From: Octopus vulgaris
Lineage: Eukaryota
Direction of reading: 5' to 3'
DNA: 64,000 nucleotides
NCBI GenBank assembly: GCA_951406725.2
Contig: OX597832.1
Location: forward strand, 48,670,001 to 48,734,000
Shown here: positions 39,381 through 53,289 of the stretch, in pieces
Layout: the number at the start of each line of letters is the position of its first letter
Numbering within the stretch: position 1 is the first letter of the stretch
The notes under the pieces: model-generated
Seen by the model: only the letters and a program-made list of their open reading frames with translations
Databases searched by the model: none
What the model was told of the DNA's origin: nothing
Made by a program: the position numbers and the translations under genes

Positions 39381-40418
39381 TCATTGCGTTGTTTAATGGT
39401 TATGGAAAGAACCACTTTGAGGATTGAATTATTCAATGAAAGTTACCTTAAGACTAACAGTTAGAAAAATAACGGCAAAATACAACCACAGCCAGACTTT
39501 TTTTTAGTGTGCAAGTGAGAAGAGGTCTTTGTGTGCTTCTACATTCAGATGAAATTTCTATCATATTGGGTAAGATGGCTCTGAAATAGGGATCATAACA
39601 GCATTGCTCTGACTTCTGTCATGTGTTTATGCATTTTGTTGAGCACTGACTCTCCAATTACATGTCTATTGAGTTATATACTGTTCAGAGTGAGTTTAAT
39701 ATTTTATTTTAAATGATATTTTGTCCTGGAGCACTTACTTCCGAACAGTGTGACATTTAGTTCCCATTTTCACGAAATACTTCCCTATACGCCGTGAATA
39801 TTTGGCATGTGGCTACCCAAAACGGACTGTTACCCCAACCAGCTCTACAGAGAAAAGAACACGATACACAAACAAGATCAAGCTCGGAAAATCGAGCAAC
39901 AGCACAATCTAAATAAGCTGATGCTCCCGAATCATTCTTAAACCAGGACACTTTTTTGTATAGCCGTTTGTATACAATTTTTGTGTATAGCCATTGGCTG
40001 GATACGAAATCTGACCAACGGTGACCAGTAAGTTAATCTAAATGAATAATATACAATATAATATACAATTTCGAAATACTATCATAGAGCCTAAAGGTAT
40101 ATAAAAAACCAAGCATCCGAAAAGAAACGAAAAAAGAATCAATGATAGAAAAAAAAACACAACATTGAATTAGCAGTAATTTACGCTTCATTAGTATCAA
40201 ATAGTTTGCAATAGTATTATTAAGTACAGCATCTGAAAAACTGGAGGTTATCATGTATATTTGCTTATTTGTATATTTATTTTGTGTATTTATCAATATA
40301 TTTATGTTGTGTGGTAGTTTTAGTCTACTATGAAATTGCGTTATATTCATAGTTGGTTTAGAACTATTGGCGTGGAATTAAAGATACATTCTATCCAAGC
40401 CATCCATCCTGAAAAGTT

Positions 40419-40424
<6 letters not shown>

Positions 40425-40508
<84 letters not shown>

Positions 40509-40681
40509 ATATACATATATATGTATGTATATATGCATATACGTATATACACGCATATATATATGTATACATAAATGCATGTATGTATATATGCATATGT
40601 ATTCATATACGTGTATATTTATATCTACATCTATATGTATTTATATAACTATCTAACTGTCAACTATATATATACATACAC

Positions 40682-40734
<53 letters not shown>

Positions 40735-40790
40735 CATATACATACATATATATATATATATACATACATACAAATATACACCCACACATA
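40425..40790. repeat. (TA)n/(TG)n/(CA)n microsatellite
   Basis: Directly visible. Confidence 0.9.
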
Positions 40791-41211
40791 TAACATTGAT
40801 TATAACTTACACTTAGATTCAAATACAAACACGCAAATAGAACGTCATCTGGCTTGTTCACACCATCGTATTAACTAATATTGCCCTATTTTATAACAAA
40901 AATTAGCTATTATATCTAAAAACTTGAAGATACTTCAACATAGAGGAACTAAATCAGATAATGGTGAACAGAGAACGGGAAAATACATCATCCAGTACTA
41001 ATAAGAATAATACAAGTACATCTAATTTACCCTCAGTCACTTTTTAATCATTAGGTATAGATATATTTCAAAAAGAATTGTGCCAACTGGAAACTTAGAG
41101 AATTTGGAAATTTGTTGTCCAGACTCAATGTTGCAATAAAGCAGAAATATCGGTAAAATTTTGGAAGCTTAGTGGGATTTTATATATATATATGTGTGTG
41201 TTCGTGTGTAT

Positions 41212-41253
<42 letters not shown>

Positions 41254-41724
41254 ATGTGTTTGTGTACAGGCCTTTTTCTTGTTCCCTTATAAAATCAATA
41301 TTTTTCAACCGATTTCGTTCACGCTGAGAACATACATCACTTATGTTCCAGGGATGGTCATAGACACTTTAAATTTTCCACATAATGAGTAATGCCGCCC
41401 CTAGGGGACGAAAACACCTTCTCATAGATAAATAACAAACACCAACGATCGTTGCTTCAAGGGATATTACTCTTGATGACGTAGTTATGCTACTTTCACT
41501 TCGTCTTATACAACAATTTTTACGATGCCCAATTACGGAAAACCGCCGATAGTTGCACATTAGCACTTCCTTGAGTTAGCTATAGAATTTAAATCAACTT
41601 TTAATTATTTTTTAAATGCCTTCAGAAATTAATCCATATTATATATATTTTCTGCTTTTACTCGTACAACGATCTGACAATTATATTGTTTTTACCATGT
41701 CAGTTCACTGCAAACTGCCGATAT

Positions 41725-41966
41725 TTACACGTGCAAGTGGCTGAGCACTCCACAGACACGTGTACCCTTAACGTAGTTCTCAGGGAGATTCAGCGTGACA
41801 CAGTGTGTGACAAGACTGGCCCTTTGAAATACAGGTACTACTCATTTTTGCCAGCTGACTGATCTGGAGCAACGTGAAATAAAGTGTCTTGCTCAATGGC
41901 ACAACGCATCGCCAGGAATTGAACTCACGACCTCACGACCTTACAATCGTGAGCTAAATGCCCTAA
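41725..41966 (-). mobile_element. Chimeric SINE: family E head/CORE-like part with family C 3' part
   Basis: ccacagacacgtgtacccttaacgtagttctc (C tail) is joined to actcatttttgccagctga..gagcaacgtgaaat (E body). Confidence 0.8.
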
Positions 41967-42185
41967 TGAGAATTTATGTTGTTGACAAGAATTTAATGAA
42001 CTTCGGGAGAACGTGAAATAATTCGTAATTGGAAATATATATCTCGAAGCACAGATAATAAAGCTATATACGATTATATGTAAATACTCTTTACGATGAG
42101 CATGCAAACATAGAATGAAAGGGAAAACAAGGTGTGGTTATTAATTTGGTGTTCACTGAATGATCAAGAATGTGGAAATAGCATC

Positions 42186-42213
42186 GACGTTTCGCGCTTA
42201 AGCTAGTCTTCAG
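42186..42213 (-). ncRNA. Degenerate hammerhead-like motif
   Basis: Minus strand CTGAAGA-ctagcttaagcgc-GAAAC-GTC; stem I not evident. Confidence 0.4.
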
Positions 42214-42227
42214 AAAGTTAGAAAGAC

Positions 42228-42653
42228 AGGAGTGGCTGTGTGGTAAGTAGCTTGCTAACCAACCACATGGTTCCGGGTTCAGTCCCACTGCGTGGCATCT
42301 TGGGCAAGTGTCTTCTGCTATAGCCCCGGGCCGACCAATGCCTTGTGAGTGGATTTGGTAGACGGAAACTGAAAGAAGCCTGTCGTATATATGTATATAT
42401 ATATATATGTATGTGTGTGTGTCTGTGTGTGTGTGTGTGTGTTTGTGTGTCTGTGTTTGTCCACCTAGCATCGCTTGACAACCGATGCTGGTGTGTTTAC
42501 GTCCCCGTCACTTAGCGGTTCGGCAAAAGAGACCGATAGAATAAGCACTGGGCTTACAAAGAATAAGTCCCGGGGTCGATTTGCTCGACTAAAGGCGGTG
42601 CTCCAGCATGGCCGCATTCAAAATGACTGAAACAAGTAAAAGAGTAAAAGAGT
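42228..42653 (+). mobile_element. SINE family A, full length
   Basis: Matches the 3716 copy; flanking aaagaca duplication. Confidence 0.92.
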
Positions 42654-42690
42654 AAAGACAGATGAAGGAAGAAGTGCGGAGGAAGGAAAG

Positions 42691-42761
42691 GAAACGGAAG
42701 TAATACAAGAAACGGAAGTAATACAAGAAACGGAAGTAATACAAGAAACGGAAGTAATACA
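42691..42761. repeat. 18-bp minisatellite x4
   Basis: gaaacggaagtaatacaa repeated four times. Confidence 0.95.
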
Positions 42762-43550
42762 CGAATGCGTGGGTGCTTTTGTATGTTTCTCTGTGTGCAG
42801 TATGCTCACTTTATGCACGTTAACTCATATCCAAAAATGCGGAATAAGCAATTCATTGACGACTATACGTAACCGTATTCACACATTCAAACACACACAC
42901 AGAAACACACATAGTTCATATATATATGCCTACGTGCGCACACATGCTGATATATTTCAAGTAATCTTTTCAAAATGAAGGGAATGCATTACATAATCTA
43001 TTGAGCCGAATATATTGAATTTTACGGGATTAATTAAGTCTTCAGAAATGGATTAGGAAACCAATATATCACACGAAATAGAAAAGAAAATATCGCCATA
43101 TTTTCCCATTCATTTTATTGATAAATCTTCCTTACAAAAGGCCAGCCACTTTCCGACTTGCATAAGTACATTCTCTAGTCGTAACCTCTATTAAATAAAC
43201 CGTGTGATATTGAATATTTAGTCTATCAACGTTGACAAGTCATGTAGAAGATATTTTGCTCTCAGGTATTTCATCTATCTTATTTCGGAATCACAAATGC
43301 ATACATATGGATCGCAGATTTGTTATGTAATCAGATAAGACCATCCTTTTTTTTATTTCATATAAGCAGATAACAACAGAACGTATTTCGCTAAGTAATC
43401 AGATAACACTAGGTTCTGTTACATACATACATATACATCCATGCATGCATGCACCTAAAACTATGGTGCGTAAGGAGATAAAGCTAAAATACCACATTGA
43501 AAATGACATTTGAAACATATATATATATATATAAACATACATACATACAC

Positions 43551-43598
<48 letters not shown>

Positions 43599-43966
43599 TA
43601 CATAAGCTGAACCTCTTTTACCTTCAAGCTAAGGACCGAAATCCTAGGAGATTCCAAAGCTGAAGGTAATGTGTTCAAATAAGAGATTTGTATCGAATCT
43701 ACTTGAAACATTCATAATTCCAATAACATCTCATTTCTTATTCACTTTAGGTTATTTGCAAAGTATACACGTACACACGCGCGCGCATTCACACATACAT
43801 ACACATACACACACAAGCACGAATATTTATATTTATATATATCTGTGTATGTGTGTATATTATATATAATTTGAAAACGCTACGTATATGCGTATATATA
43901 CGTACAAACGCACACACACGTGCACACACACACGCACACATACACATATACATACACTTATATATG

Positions 43967-44003
<37 letters not shown>

Positions 44004-44095
44004 ATGACGATCTGAAGAAGGTGTACTCAGTACTCAGTGTTTATTTAAGTCTGTCGTTTCCACGAGATGCCGCCAAATTCTTCAAATATATTTGG

Positions 44096-44134
<39 letters not shown>

Positions 44135-44195
44135 TCTATGCTGGATGTATGCATCCCCCTCCTCTCACGCACACGCACACACGCTCACACACACA

Positions 44196-44790
44196 TGTTT
44201 GTTCTTTCTCGAGCCATGCCTGGCTCATAAGGGCCGGTTTCCCGGTTTCCTTGGCGTATAGGTTTCCCACCTGGACGGGACGCCGGTGAGCTGCAAGATG
44301 CAGGAGGAAAGAGTGAGAGAAAGTTGTGGCGAAAGAGTCAGCAGAAGTTCGCCGTTACCTTCTGCCGGAACCGCGAGGAGCTTAGGTGTTTCGCTTATAA
44401 ACACACACATCGCCCGGTCTGAGATTCGAACCAGCGATCCGTCGACCGCGAGTCCGCTGCTCTAACCACTAGGCCATGTGCCTCCACCAAATGTTCTTTC
44501 TCGAGCCATGCCTGGCTCATAAGGGCCGGTTTCCCGGTTTCCTTGGCGTATAGGTTCCCCATCTGGACGGGATGCCGTTCCGTCGCAGGAGAGCTGCAAG
44601 ATGCAGGAGGAAAGAGTGAGGGAAAGTTGTGGCGAAAGAGTCAGCAGAAATTCGCCGTTACCTTCCGCCGGAGCCGCGTGGAGCTAAGGTGTTTCGCTCA
44701 TAAACACACACATCGCCCTGTCTGAGATTCGAACCCGCGACCCGTCGACCGCGAGTTCACTGCTCTAACCACTAGGCCATATGCCTCCAC
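44196..44790 (-). mobile_element. Two tandem SINE family D copies (44196-44487, 44492-44790)
   Basis: Both match the 3256-3563 copy. Confidence 0.92.
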
Positions 44791-45109
44791 CGCACACACA
44801 TATATACACACCACACACACATATAATATATTCAAATACGTGTCTTAGTCGGCACTGAAGTTACTATGTGCCAACAGAAAAAGGAATACAGTTTTGTGTT
44901 TGATTCAGATGGCAAAAGAGTTGAAGAGAGTAAACAGTAACTATAGACACGAAGCGGTTCCAGTTATCAAGATCTGTAAAATTATTCTTCATAGCAGTCG
45001 TAGTAAATCAATACTATCGCAGTCAGCTACCGCTGTTGTTCTCACTTTTGAACAATATACTGTATTATGGTTCTAAAGATCACAAAATTCAAATCAGCAG
45101 CAGCAATTG

Positions 45110-45216
45110 TAATAGTAATAATAATAATAATAATAATAGTAATAATAATAATAATAATAAGAAGAAGAAGAAGAAGAAGAAGAAGGAGAAGGAGAAGAAG
45201 AAGAAGAATGATGATG

Positions 45217-45248
<32 letters not shown>

Positions 45249-45249
45249 A

Positions 45250-45298
<49 letters not shown>

Positions 45299-45339
45299 TA
45301 ATAATAATGATGATGATGATGATGATGATGCTGATAATA
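45110..45339. repeat. Compound trinucleotide microsatellite (AAT/AAG/GAT)
   Basis: Directly visible. Confidence 0.95.
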
Positions 45340-45675
45340 GTGAAGGCGCATGGCTAAGTGGTTAGAGCGTCGAGCTTACGATCGCGAGTTTGTGAGTTCG
45401 AAACCCGGACCGGGCTGCTTGTTGTGTTCTTGAGCACGGCACTTTATTTCACGGTACTACAGTTCACTCTGCTGTAGAAATGAGTTGCGACGTCACTGGT
45501 GCCAAGCTGTATCGGCCCCTTTGTCTTTACATTGGATAACATCGGTGGCGTGGAGAAGGGAGGCTGTCATGCATGGGCGACTGTTGGTCTTCCATAAACA
45601 ACCTTGACCGGATTTGTGCCTCGGTGAGGAACTTTCTAGGTGCAAACCCATAGTCATTCATAACCGAAGGGCGTC
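45340..45675 (+). mobile_element. SINE with E-type head/CORE-like part and a distinct 3' half (E')
   Basis: A/B boxes, ttcttgagca..cactttatttcacg, then ttggataacatcggtggcgtggag..ggtcttccataaacaaccttg. The same 3' half occurs at 58335-58490. Confidence 0.85.
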
Positions 45676-45678
45676 ATA

Positions 45679-45871
<193 letters not shown>

Positions 45872-46420
45872 ATCCTTTCTACTAGAATGCCTGAAATTTG
45901 GTGGGTGGGAGTCCATTATATCCACCCAGTGTTTCACTGGTACTCAATTTATCGACCCTGAAAAGACGAAAGGTGGAATTTGAACGTAAGAACGCATTTA
46001 ATGCCGCTAAGCATATTTGTCCTGCGTGCAAACGTTTCTTATTTCTTTATTGCCCACAAGGGGCTAAACGTAGAGAAGATAAATAAGGACAGACAAACTG
46101 ATTATGTCGATTATATCGATCCCAGTGCGTAACTGGTACTTATTTAATCGAACCCGAAAGGATGAAAGGCAAAGTCGACCTCGGCGGAATTTGAACTCAG
46201 CGCGCAAACTTGATAATGATATTTATGATAGTAATGGTTTCAAATTTTTCCACAAGGGCAACCATTTTGGAGGAAGGAATGTGGTGATTACATGGACCCC
46301 AGTGTTTCAGTGGTACTTAATTTATCGACCTCGAAAGGATAAAAGGCAAAGTCGACTTCGGCGGAATTTGAACTCAGAACGTAGCGGCAGACGAAATACC
46401 GCTAAGCATTTCGCCCGGTG
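45872..46420 (-). mobile_element. Cluster of SINE family B units
   Basis: Three partial units; junction aacgtttct|tatttcttt at ~46039. Confidence 0.85.
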
Positions 46421-46432
46421 TAAATGATGATG

Positions 46433-46471
<39 letters not shown>

Positions 46472-46490
46472 TTAATAATAATAAAAAATA

Positions 46491-46870
46491 TATAAAGACC
46501 TACTCATTGAAATTGAGAACATGTGGCATCTCAAGGCGGTTACAATACCAGTGATCGTAGGAGCACTAGGAATGATCAAGAAGGGAACCGAAAATTATAT
46601 AAGAATGATCCCTGGCTTACCATCCCTGCAAGAAGTGCAAAAGATTGTCTTAACTGGTACATCACACGTATTGAGAAGAGCATTGTCGATGTGAGAACTG
46701 TTGTTGCTCATGTATTTTAATTTAACTTTAAAAAAAAAAAAAAAAAATGAACGAACTACTGAGTTTGGTTTAATGGCCTACCAATGTATGCTATGAGTTT
46801 CTTTGCCCTAGGAGTCGGGAAGACACTCGGCAAGAAATGGAAGCAAATTTGAAAGAAGAAAAAGAAAAGT
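46491..46870 (+). mobile_element. R4/Dong-like RLE retrotransposon 3' end in (AAT)n
   Basis: 46491-46694 is an open frame: YKDLLIEIENMWHLKAVTIPVIVGALGMIKKGTENYIRMIPGLPSLQEVQKIVLTGTSHVLRRALSM*. TAA repeats lie on both sides. Confidence 0.88.
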
Positions 46871-47360
46871 AATAATAATAATAATGATAATAAAGTAGCT
46901 GTGATAGCTTCCGAGTAATAATAATAATATGAGAAATAACGAGAAAGGATTAAAGGAACAATCTGGAAGCATTGTCCTCGGTATACGTTTGCTATCTTCC
47001 TTTGACAAAAGGAATTCAATTGCTGTCTTTATATTGGCAGAAACCAGGTAGAAATGAGCGTAAATAATTGATTGAGTTGCTGAAAGGACGTGTTTTCGTA
47101 CAAAGCAATTTTATACAAATCTTTTCATTGAAACTTCGCGAAAGTACGTGCAATGACCTATGAAAGGACCTGAAATAGGGTACAGATATTTGACAGAGAA
47201 TGACTACGTATTTGAAAGTGCAGAATACATTAAATTCTGGTTTTGATCGGTTTTGATTTCAAAATTATTATTTTTTTTGTTAAAAACTCCTGCTACTGTC
47301 TTTCTGAAGTTAGAAGACGTCTTCTTGCTACGTGTGCATAAATAGCAGAAGATTTATCAA

Positions 47361-48068
47361 ATAAATAATAATAAATGCGCCCTTTTAAAGCCTAGCCAGG
47401 CTGGCTCATGGGCCCGGTTTCCCGGTTTCAATGGCGTATGTGTTCTCCAGCTGGACCTGACGCCAGTCCATCGCTGCTTTACTCATTTTTTATCTTTTCG
47501 GTTTGAACGGCAGTTTTTTCTAGCGATGTCATATGAAATTGTCACCCATAATTATGACCCTAGTATCGATCTATTGCATTTCAATCTGTTTTAGGCTTAG
47601 GGTTAGTTAGGGTTTGGGTTAGGGTTAGGGGTGGGGCAAGGGTATCTTTTTTTCTTCACAAATGTAAATAAACCCAATCTGTTTCTTAAACGAGGGACAT
47701 ATTCATACGGCACAGAATGTTTTTTACCTCAATAGACGTCAGTGATTGGTTGAAATTGCAGAAATTAAAGAAAAAAACAAATATCTTAGAAATTATAGAA
47801 TTTTCTCAATAAAGCCAAGAGAAAAAGATCTTTTATAAACACATTCTACCAATATACGAAGTTTAAAAGTGTTTAGTTACTAGAAATTATGTTAAAAACT
47901 GCCGTTCAGACCGAAAAGATCCCTCATTTTTGCCAGCTGATTGGACTGGAGCAACGGGAAATGAAGTATTTTGCTCAAGAACAGAATGCGTCGCCCGGTC
48001 GAGGAATCGAAACCACAATCGTACGATTATGATGCTGACACCCTACCCACTAAGCCACGCACCTCCAC
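47361..48068 (-). mobile_element. SINE family E split by a MITE
   Basis: Reverse complement of the 55370 copy; TSD tttatcaa (47353-47360, 48069-48076). Confidence 0.9.
47491..47922. mobile_element. MITE with ~27-bp TIRs, 8-9-bp TSD and internal TTAGGG-like repeats (Mutator-like?)
   Basis: atcttttcggtttgaacggcagtttt / aaaactgccgttcagaccgaaaagat; TSD ctcattttt; ttagggttagttagggtttgggttagggttagggg at ~47597-47631. Confidence 0.85.
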
Positions 48069-48369
48069 TTTATCAACTAACTAAATTATTTATGTTTCTT
48101 GCCGATAGAAAACCGTTAATACTTACGAATGAATGTACACTCTGTATCGGGAGATGATATTTTGAGGAATCGCCTCTAGTGTAGAAATACTTAAGTTCTT
48201 CGACCATATTGTTATTCTGTCATACGGCTGATTGACACGAAATCGCTCCTAATCGCACTGCAACTTATGACCCACAGTTGCGCTTTGACTGAAATTCTAC
48301 CTTTTCAACCGCTACTTAAGTAATATGTACGACTCAAGGCAATACGGCTATAATTACGCGGGCGCGCGC

Positions 48370-48391
48370 AGATACAGAGACACACATACAG

Positions 48392-48422
<31 letters not shown>

Positions 48423-48569
48423 CTCAGACACACACACGACCCATGTATGCGGTATATATATATACATATGATATATATATATGAGTGTATGTGTATATTT
48501 TTATTTATATATATCTATCTTTCTCTCTCTCTCTCTCTCTCTCTGTATATATATATATATATATGTATT

Positions 48570-48647
<78 letters not shown>

Positions 48648-48648
48648 A

Positions 48649-48707
<59 letters not shown>

Positions 48708-48720
48708 AATGTATATATAC

Positions 48721-48765
<45 letters not shown>

Positions 48766-48783
48766 AATGTATTTATACATATA

Positions 48784-48821
<38 letters not shown>

Positions 48822-48834
48822 AATGTATTTGTAC

Positions 48835-48881
<47 letters not shown>

Positions 48882-48960
48882 TACGCTTGTGTGTGTGTGT
48901 GTGTGCGCATGTTTGTGAGTCTGTGTATATGTGTGTATATGTGTACGTGTACATATTCAC
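48370..48960. repeat. (CA)n/(TA)n microsatellite with periodic ccaatgtat interruptions
   Basis: Directly visible. Confidence 0.9.
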
Positions 48961-49156
48961 ATTCACTTATACTTGTAACAGCTTGGTTTCGTTCAGGAGA
49001 ATGATGGAAGGTAATACGTACAGCAAATATTCACAAGTATTTTGGATCGAAACTCCGTTAAGTTACACCTGTAGCTTTACAGCATATCTATGTATGCGTA
49101 TATATACGTATTTCTGTATATTTTTTCGATATTAACCTCGTATTATACAATAATAA

Positions 49157-49525
49157 TTTCTATTATAGGCACAAGGCCTGAAATTTGAGGGAGTTGGGTA
49201 GCGATTATATCCACCCCAGTACTCAACTGGTACTTAATTTATCGACTTCGAAAGGATGAAAGAAAAAGTCGATCTCGGCGCAATTCGAACTCAGAATGTA
49301 GCGGCGGGCGAAATACCTATTTCTTTATTGCCCACAAGGGGCTAAACATAGAGGGGACAAACAAGGACAGACAAATGGATTAAGTCGATTATATCGTCAC
49401 CAGTGCTTAACTGGTACCTATTTAATCAACCCCAAAAGAATGAAAGGCAAAGTCGACCTCGGTGGAATTTGAACTCAGAACGTAGCGGCAGACGAAATAC
49501 CACTAAGCTTTTCACTCGGCGCCAG
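49157..49525 (-). mobile_element. SINE family B dimer (tail i, then tail ii)
   Basis: Junction cgaaatac|ctatttcttt at ~49317. Confidence 0.88.
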
Positions 49526-49656
49526 CACGCCAACTTACCTCTGATAAAATATCGATGAAACAATTGTAAAATTAGGCAATAAAACGAATTATTCACTTCA
49601 TTTTCCTTGTGAATATACATACATACATACATACGTGTGTATATATGTGTGTGTGA

Positions 49657-49763
<107 letters not shown>

Positions 49764-50050
49764 CAAACAAAAAATCATACATACTGATTTGCATTTACAC
49801 TGCCCCCCCAAAAATACACTTGCACGCATATACGCATAATTAGCCTGTTGATGTTGTTGAAATTTCAATGAAGGAACCTCGGAACTAGGTTAGTAGCCGG
49901 CTCTGTCGCTATTGGCAAGAAATTTAGAAATAAGACTAAATAACATTTATGCTTACAAAGATACAAACGTACCTACACACACATAGGCAAAGAAATATAC
50001 ATATTTGCATACTTACACATATACGTGCGAACGTACATACATACACACAC

Positions 50051-50090
<40 letters not shown>

Positions 50091-50808
50091 GGACACACAC
50101 ACATATATGTGTGTCCTTACACATATACACACATAGTTATTTATGTCAATAACCGCTTCCAAATATTCATGCACTAAATATGTAGAATTTTGGTTTGTTG
50201 TGCTTCCCATGAAATTCATTATTAAATTTTAATTAAATATAACATTGAAGGTTCATTAAGTTAAGATATTAAATTATTATCATGAGCCAACTAAGGGGGA
50301 AATTATCATTTATTATTTTATTTTGAATTTATCGTTGATTTTGTTGCAGTTGATGAAGTATCAGTCTTTCGTTCATTTTTATTTAAAATAATGATATGCT
50401 ATGGTGATAAGGCAAATCTTTCATCTGATTATTAGATATGTAACTATTTTTGGCGGAAATTAAAATAAAGATTTAAGAAATAGAGATAAATAATTAGCAA
50501 ATATGATGCTAAAAAAAATAAGTAAAAAATAACTACAAAATATTAATAACCAGAACAACAGAAAAATAGGGAAAAAAAAACAAGAATATTTATCAAGAAA
50601 TACACAGGAGGTAAATGATGACAAATTTAAACCTCAGTCCAAATGTAAATGCAACATATAATATGTTACTAGATTAGCTCTAAGGCAAATTCTATTTATA
50701 AAATTGATTAAACTTAGATAAAATATATAACCAATCTCGTTTTGCTTTCGTCATTTTTCCAGATTATCTCGCAGTATTACGGTAAGTAGTGTGTGTTCAA
50801 TGCGTAGG

Positions 50809-50842
<34 letters not shown>

Positions 50843-50846
<4 letters not shown>

Positions 50847-51068
50847 GAGGTGGAGGAAATTACAAGTTTCTGACTTTAAGGGTTTCGCGAAAGGCCCGGC
50901 TGGAGTCCGAAAATTCCGAGCTCTTTTAAAGGGCTTAGAAACACCGAAGGATCGCTGCAATAAGTGTGTGAATCTGAGCGGGGGATATGTTGAATAAAGT
51001 TATGATTAACCGATCTTCCTGTATTTTCTTTTACCCAAAACCAGGAACTTTTTAGCACAAGCTCGTAT
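50843..51068 (+). mobile_element. Internally deleted mariner element (MITE)
   Basis: Encodes KGLETPKDRCNKCVNLSGGYVE* (mariner C-terminal motif RWxKCVxxxGxYVE). Right end caggaactttttagcac..ctcgTA; decayed left TIR. Confidence 0.8.
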
Positions 51069-51111
51069 ATTTGTACATATATATATATGTAGAAGAAAAT
51101 ACAGGAAGATC

Positions 51112-51410
51112 ACAGTGACCGACCAGGCTATCAGATGTTGACACATTGCTGGTCACAATGCGCTTCGCATTGTTTTAACCTTCAAATGACGCCACCCCTC
51201 TGGTTAAGCGAGCAGACCAACAGAAGAAAGAGTGAGAGAAAGTTGTGGCAAAAGAGTACAGCAGGTATCAACACCACCCCTTGCCGGAGGCTCGTGGATC
51301 TTTAGGTGTCTTCGCTCAATAAACACTCACAACGCCCGGTCTGGGAATCGAGACAACGATCCTACGACTGCAAGTCCGCTGCCCTAACCACTGGGCCATT
51401 GCGCCACCAC
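51112..51410 (-). mobile_element. SINE with family C head/body and an alternative 3' tail
   Basis: Head matches 21810. After ctctcactctt the sequence switches to ..ggggtggcgtcatttgaagg..gatagcctggtcggtcac. Confidence 0.85.
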
Positions 51411-51446
51411 ACACACATACACACACATGTGTGTGTGTATGTGTGT

Positions 51447-51505
<59 letters not shown>

Positions 51506-51764
51506 ACTTAACTGCAATGATTTTTGGAATAACAATGGCTTCGAGTCCAACAATTTTCAGGGTAAGAGAGCCGATACTTTGTTTTATGAACTGTAGTGTG
51601 GTGAAACGCGAAGTTGACCCGAGAGAGATTTGCATCCGTAGCTTAAAGGGGCGGAAGGTATGCTTGCAAGGCATATTGTTCACCAGCTAACGATTCTGCC
51701 AAACCGCAGCCGTGTTTACTTGGATTATGATAATTCTTTAGATTTGCAACCAAATCACCAATGT

Positions 51765-52173
51765 GTAGGAGTGGCTGTGTGGTAAGTAGCTTGCTTACGA
51801 ACCACATGGTTCCGGGTTCAGTCCCACTGCGTGGCACCTTGGGCAAGTGTCTTCTACTATAGCCTCGAGCCGACCAAAGTCTTGTGAGTGGATTTGGTAG
51901 ACGGAAACTGAAAGAAGCCCGTCGTATACATGTATATATGTATGTATGTGTGTGTATATGTTTGTGTGTCTGTGTTTGTCCCCCCAACATCGCTTGACAA
52001 CCGATGCTGGTGTGTTTACGTCCCCGTAACCTAGCGGTTCGGTATAAGAGACCGATAGAATAAGTACTGGACTTACAAAGAATAAGACCTGGCGGTCGAT
52101 TTGCTCGACTAAAGGCAGTGCTCCAGCATTGCCACAGTCAAATGACTGAAACAAGTAAAAGAGTAAAAGAGTA
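51765..52173 (+). mobile_element. SINE family A, full length
   Basis: Matches the 3716 copy. Confidence 0.92.
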
Positions 52174-52632
52174 AAGAGCGTAAGGGAAGTGCTAAAGTCG
52201 ATTGACTCAAGCCCCAGTATTTGATCCCGAATTATTTTCATCGATTAAAAGAAGAGACGAATAGAAAAAGCTGATATCAATGATATATGAACTGAATCTG
52301 GAACCGTTTTGATGCTAATAAAAATGAATGCTCGACGTAGGAACAGTAATTACAGTCGGCAACGCATCCTCCTTGTGTAGCTTTGTGTAGCTAATGTGAT
52401 AAATTGTTATTTATGTTAGGGTGTTGTTAATAGGATATCAGGATATATTAGTGTCACATTAAGTGGTTTGTTGTATTTATCTTATGTTTGTTCACATTCT
52501 GATTTCAAATCCCGCTGAGCTCGTCTTTTCGGAGTTGGTAATATAATTACGAGTCAACAAAGCTCCAGTCGATTAATTCTGCCCTATCTTCCCTTCCTCC
52601 TGTCCCGCCATATACTAATGCGAGGAAAATAA

Positions 52633-52670
<38 letters not shown>

Positions 52671-52703
52671 TAACTCCTACTACTGCTGCGGCTGCTGCTG
52701 CGG

Positions 52704-52741
<38 letters not shown>

Positions 52742-52772
52742 GCTACTACTGCTGCTGCTGGCGCTACTACTA

Positions 52773-52804
<32 letters not shown>

Positions 52805-52808
52805 ACTA

Positions 52809-52849
<41 letters not shown>

Positions 52850-52889
52850 ACTACTACTACTACTACTACTACTGCTGCTGCTGCTACTG

Positions 52890-52944
<55 letters not shown>

Positions 52945-52974
52945 TACTACTACTACTGTTGCTGCTGCCGCTAT

Positions 52975-53008
<34 letters not shown>
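52633..53008. repeat. (CTA)n/(CTG)n microsatellite
   Basis: Directly visible; source of the poly-Ser ORF. Confidence 0.95.
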
Positions 53009-53009
<1 letters not shown>

Positions 53010-53226
53010 AGGCGGCGAGCTGGAAGAATCGTTGGCACGCCGCCGGGCGAAATGCTTAGCAGTATTTCGCCCGTCGCTACGGTCTATGTTCAAATCCTGC
53101 CGGTGTCGACTTTGCCTTTCATCCTTTCGGGGGTCGATTAAGTAAGTACGTGTTTCATACTGGGATCGATGTAATCGACTTAATCCCTTCCCCCAAATTT
53201 GAGGCCTTGTGCTTCCAGTAGAGAGG

Positions 53227-53228
<2 letters not shown>
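53009..53228 (+). mobile_element. SINE family B monomer (tail ii) ending in (TTA)n
   Basis: aaggcggcgagctggaagaatcgtt..ccccaaatttgaggccttgtgc. Confidence 0.88.

Positions 53229-53289
<61 letters not shown>

Noticed and set aside
47591-47636. True telomere or chromosome-fusion scar
   Set aside because: Short, degenerate and enclosed within MITE TIRs.
51012-51111. 19-bp perfect inverted repeat gatcttcctgtattttctt / aagaaaatacaggaagatc
   Set aside because: Best explained as a second, oppositely oriented mariner end interrupted by a SINE.
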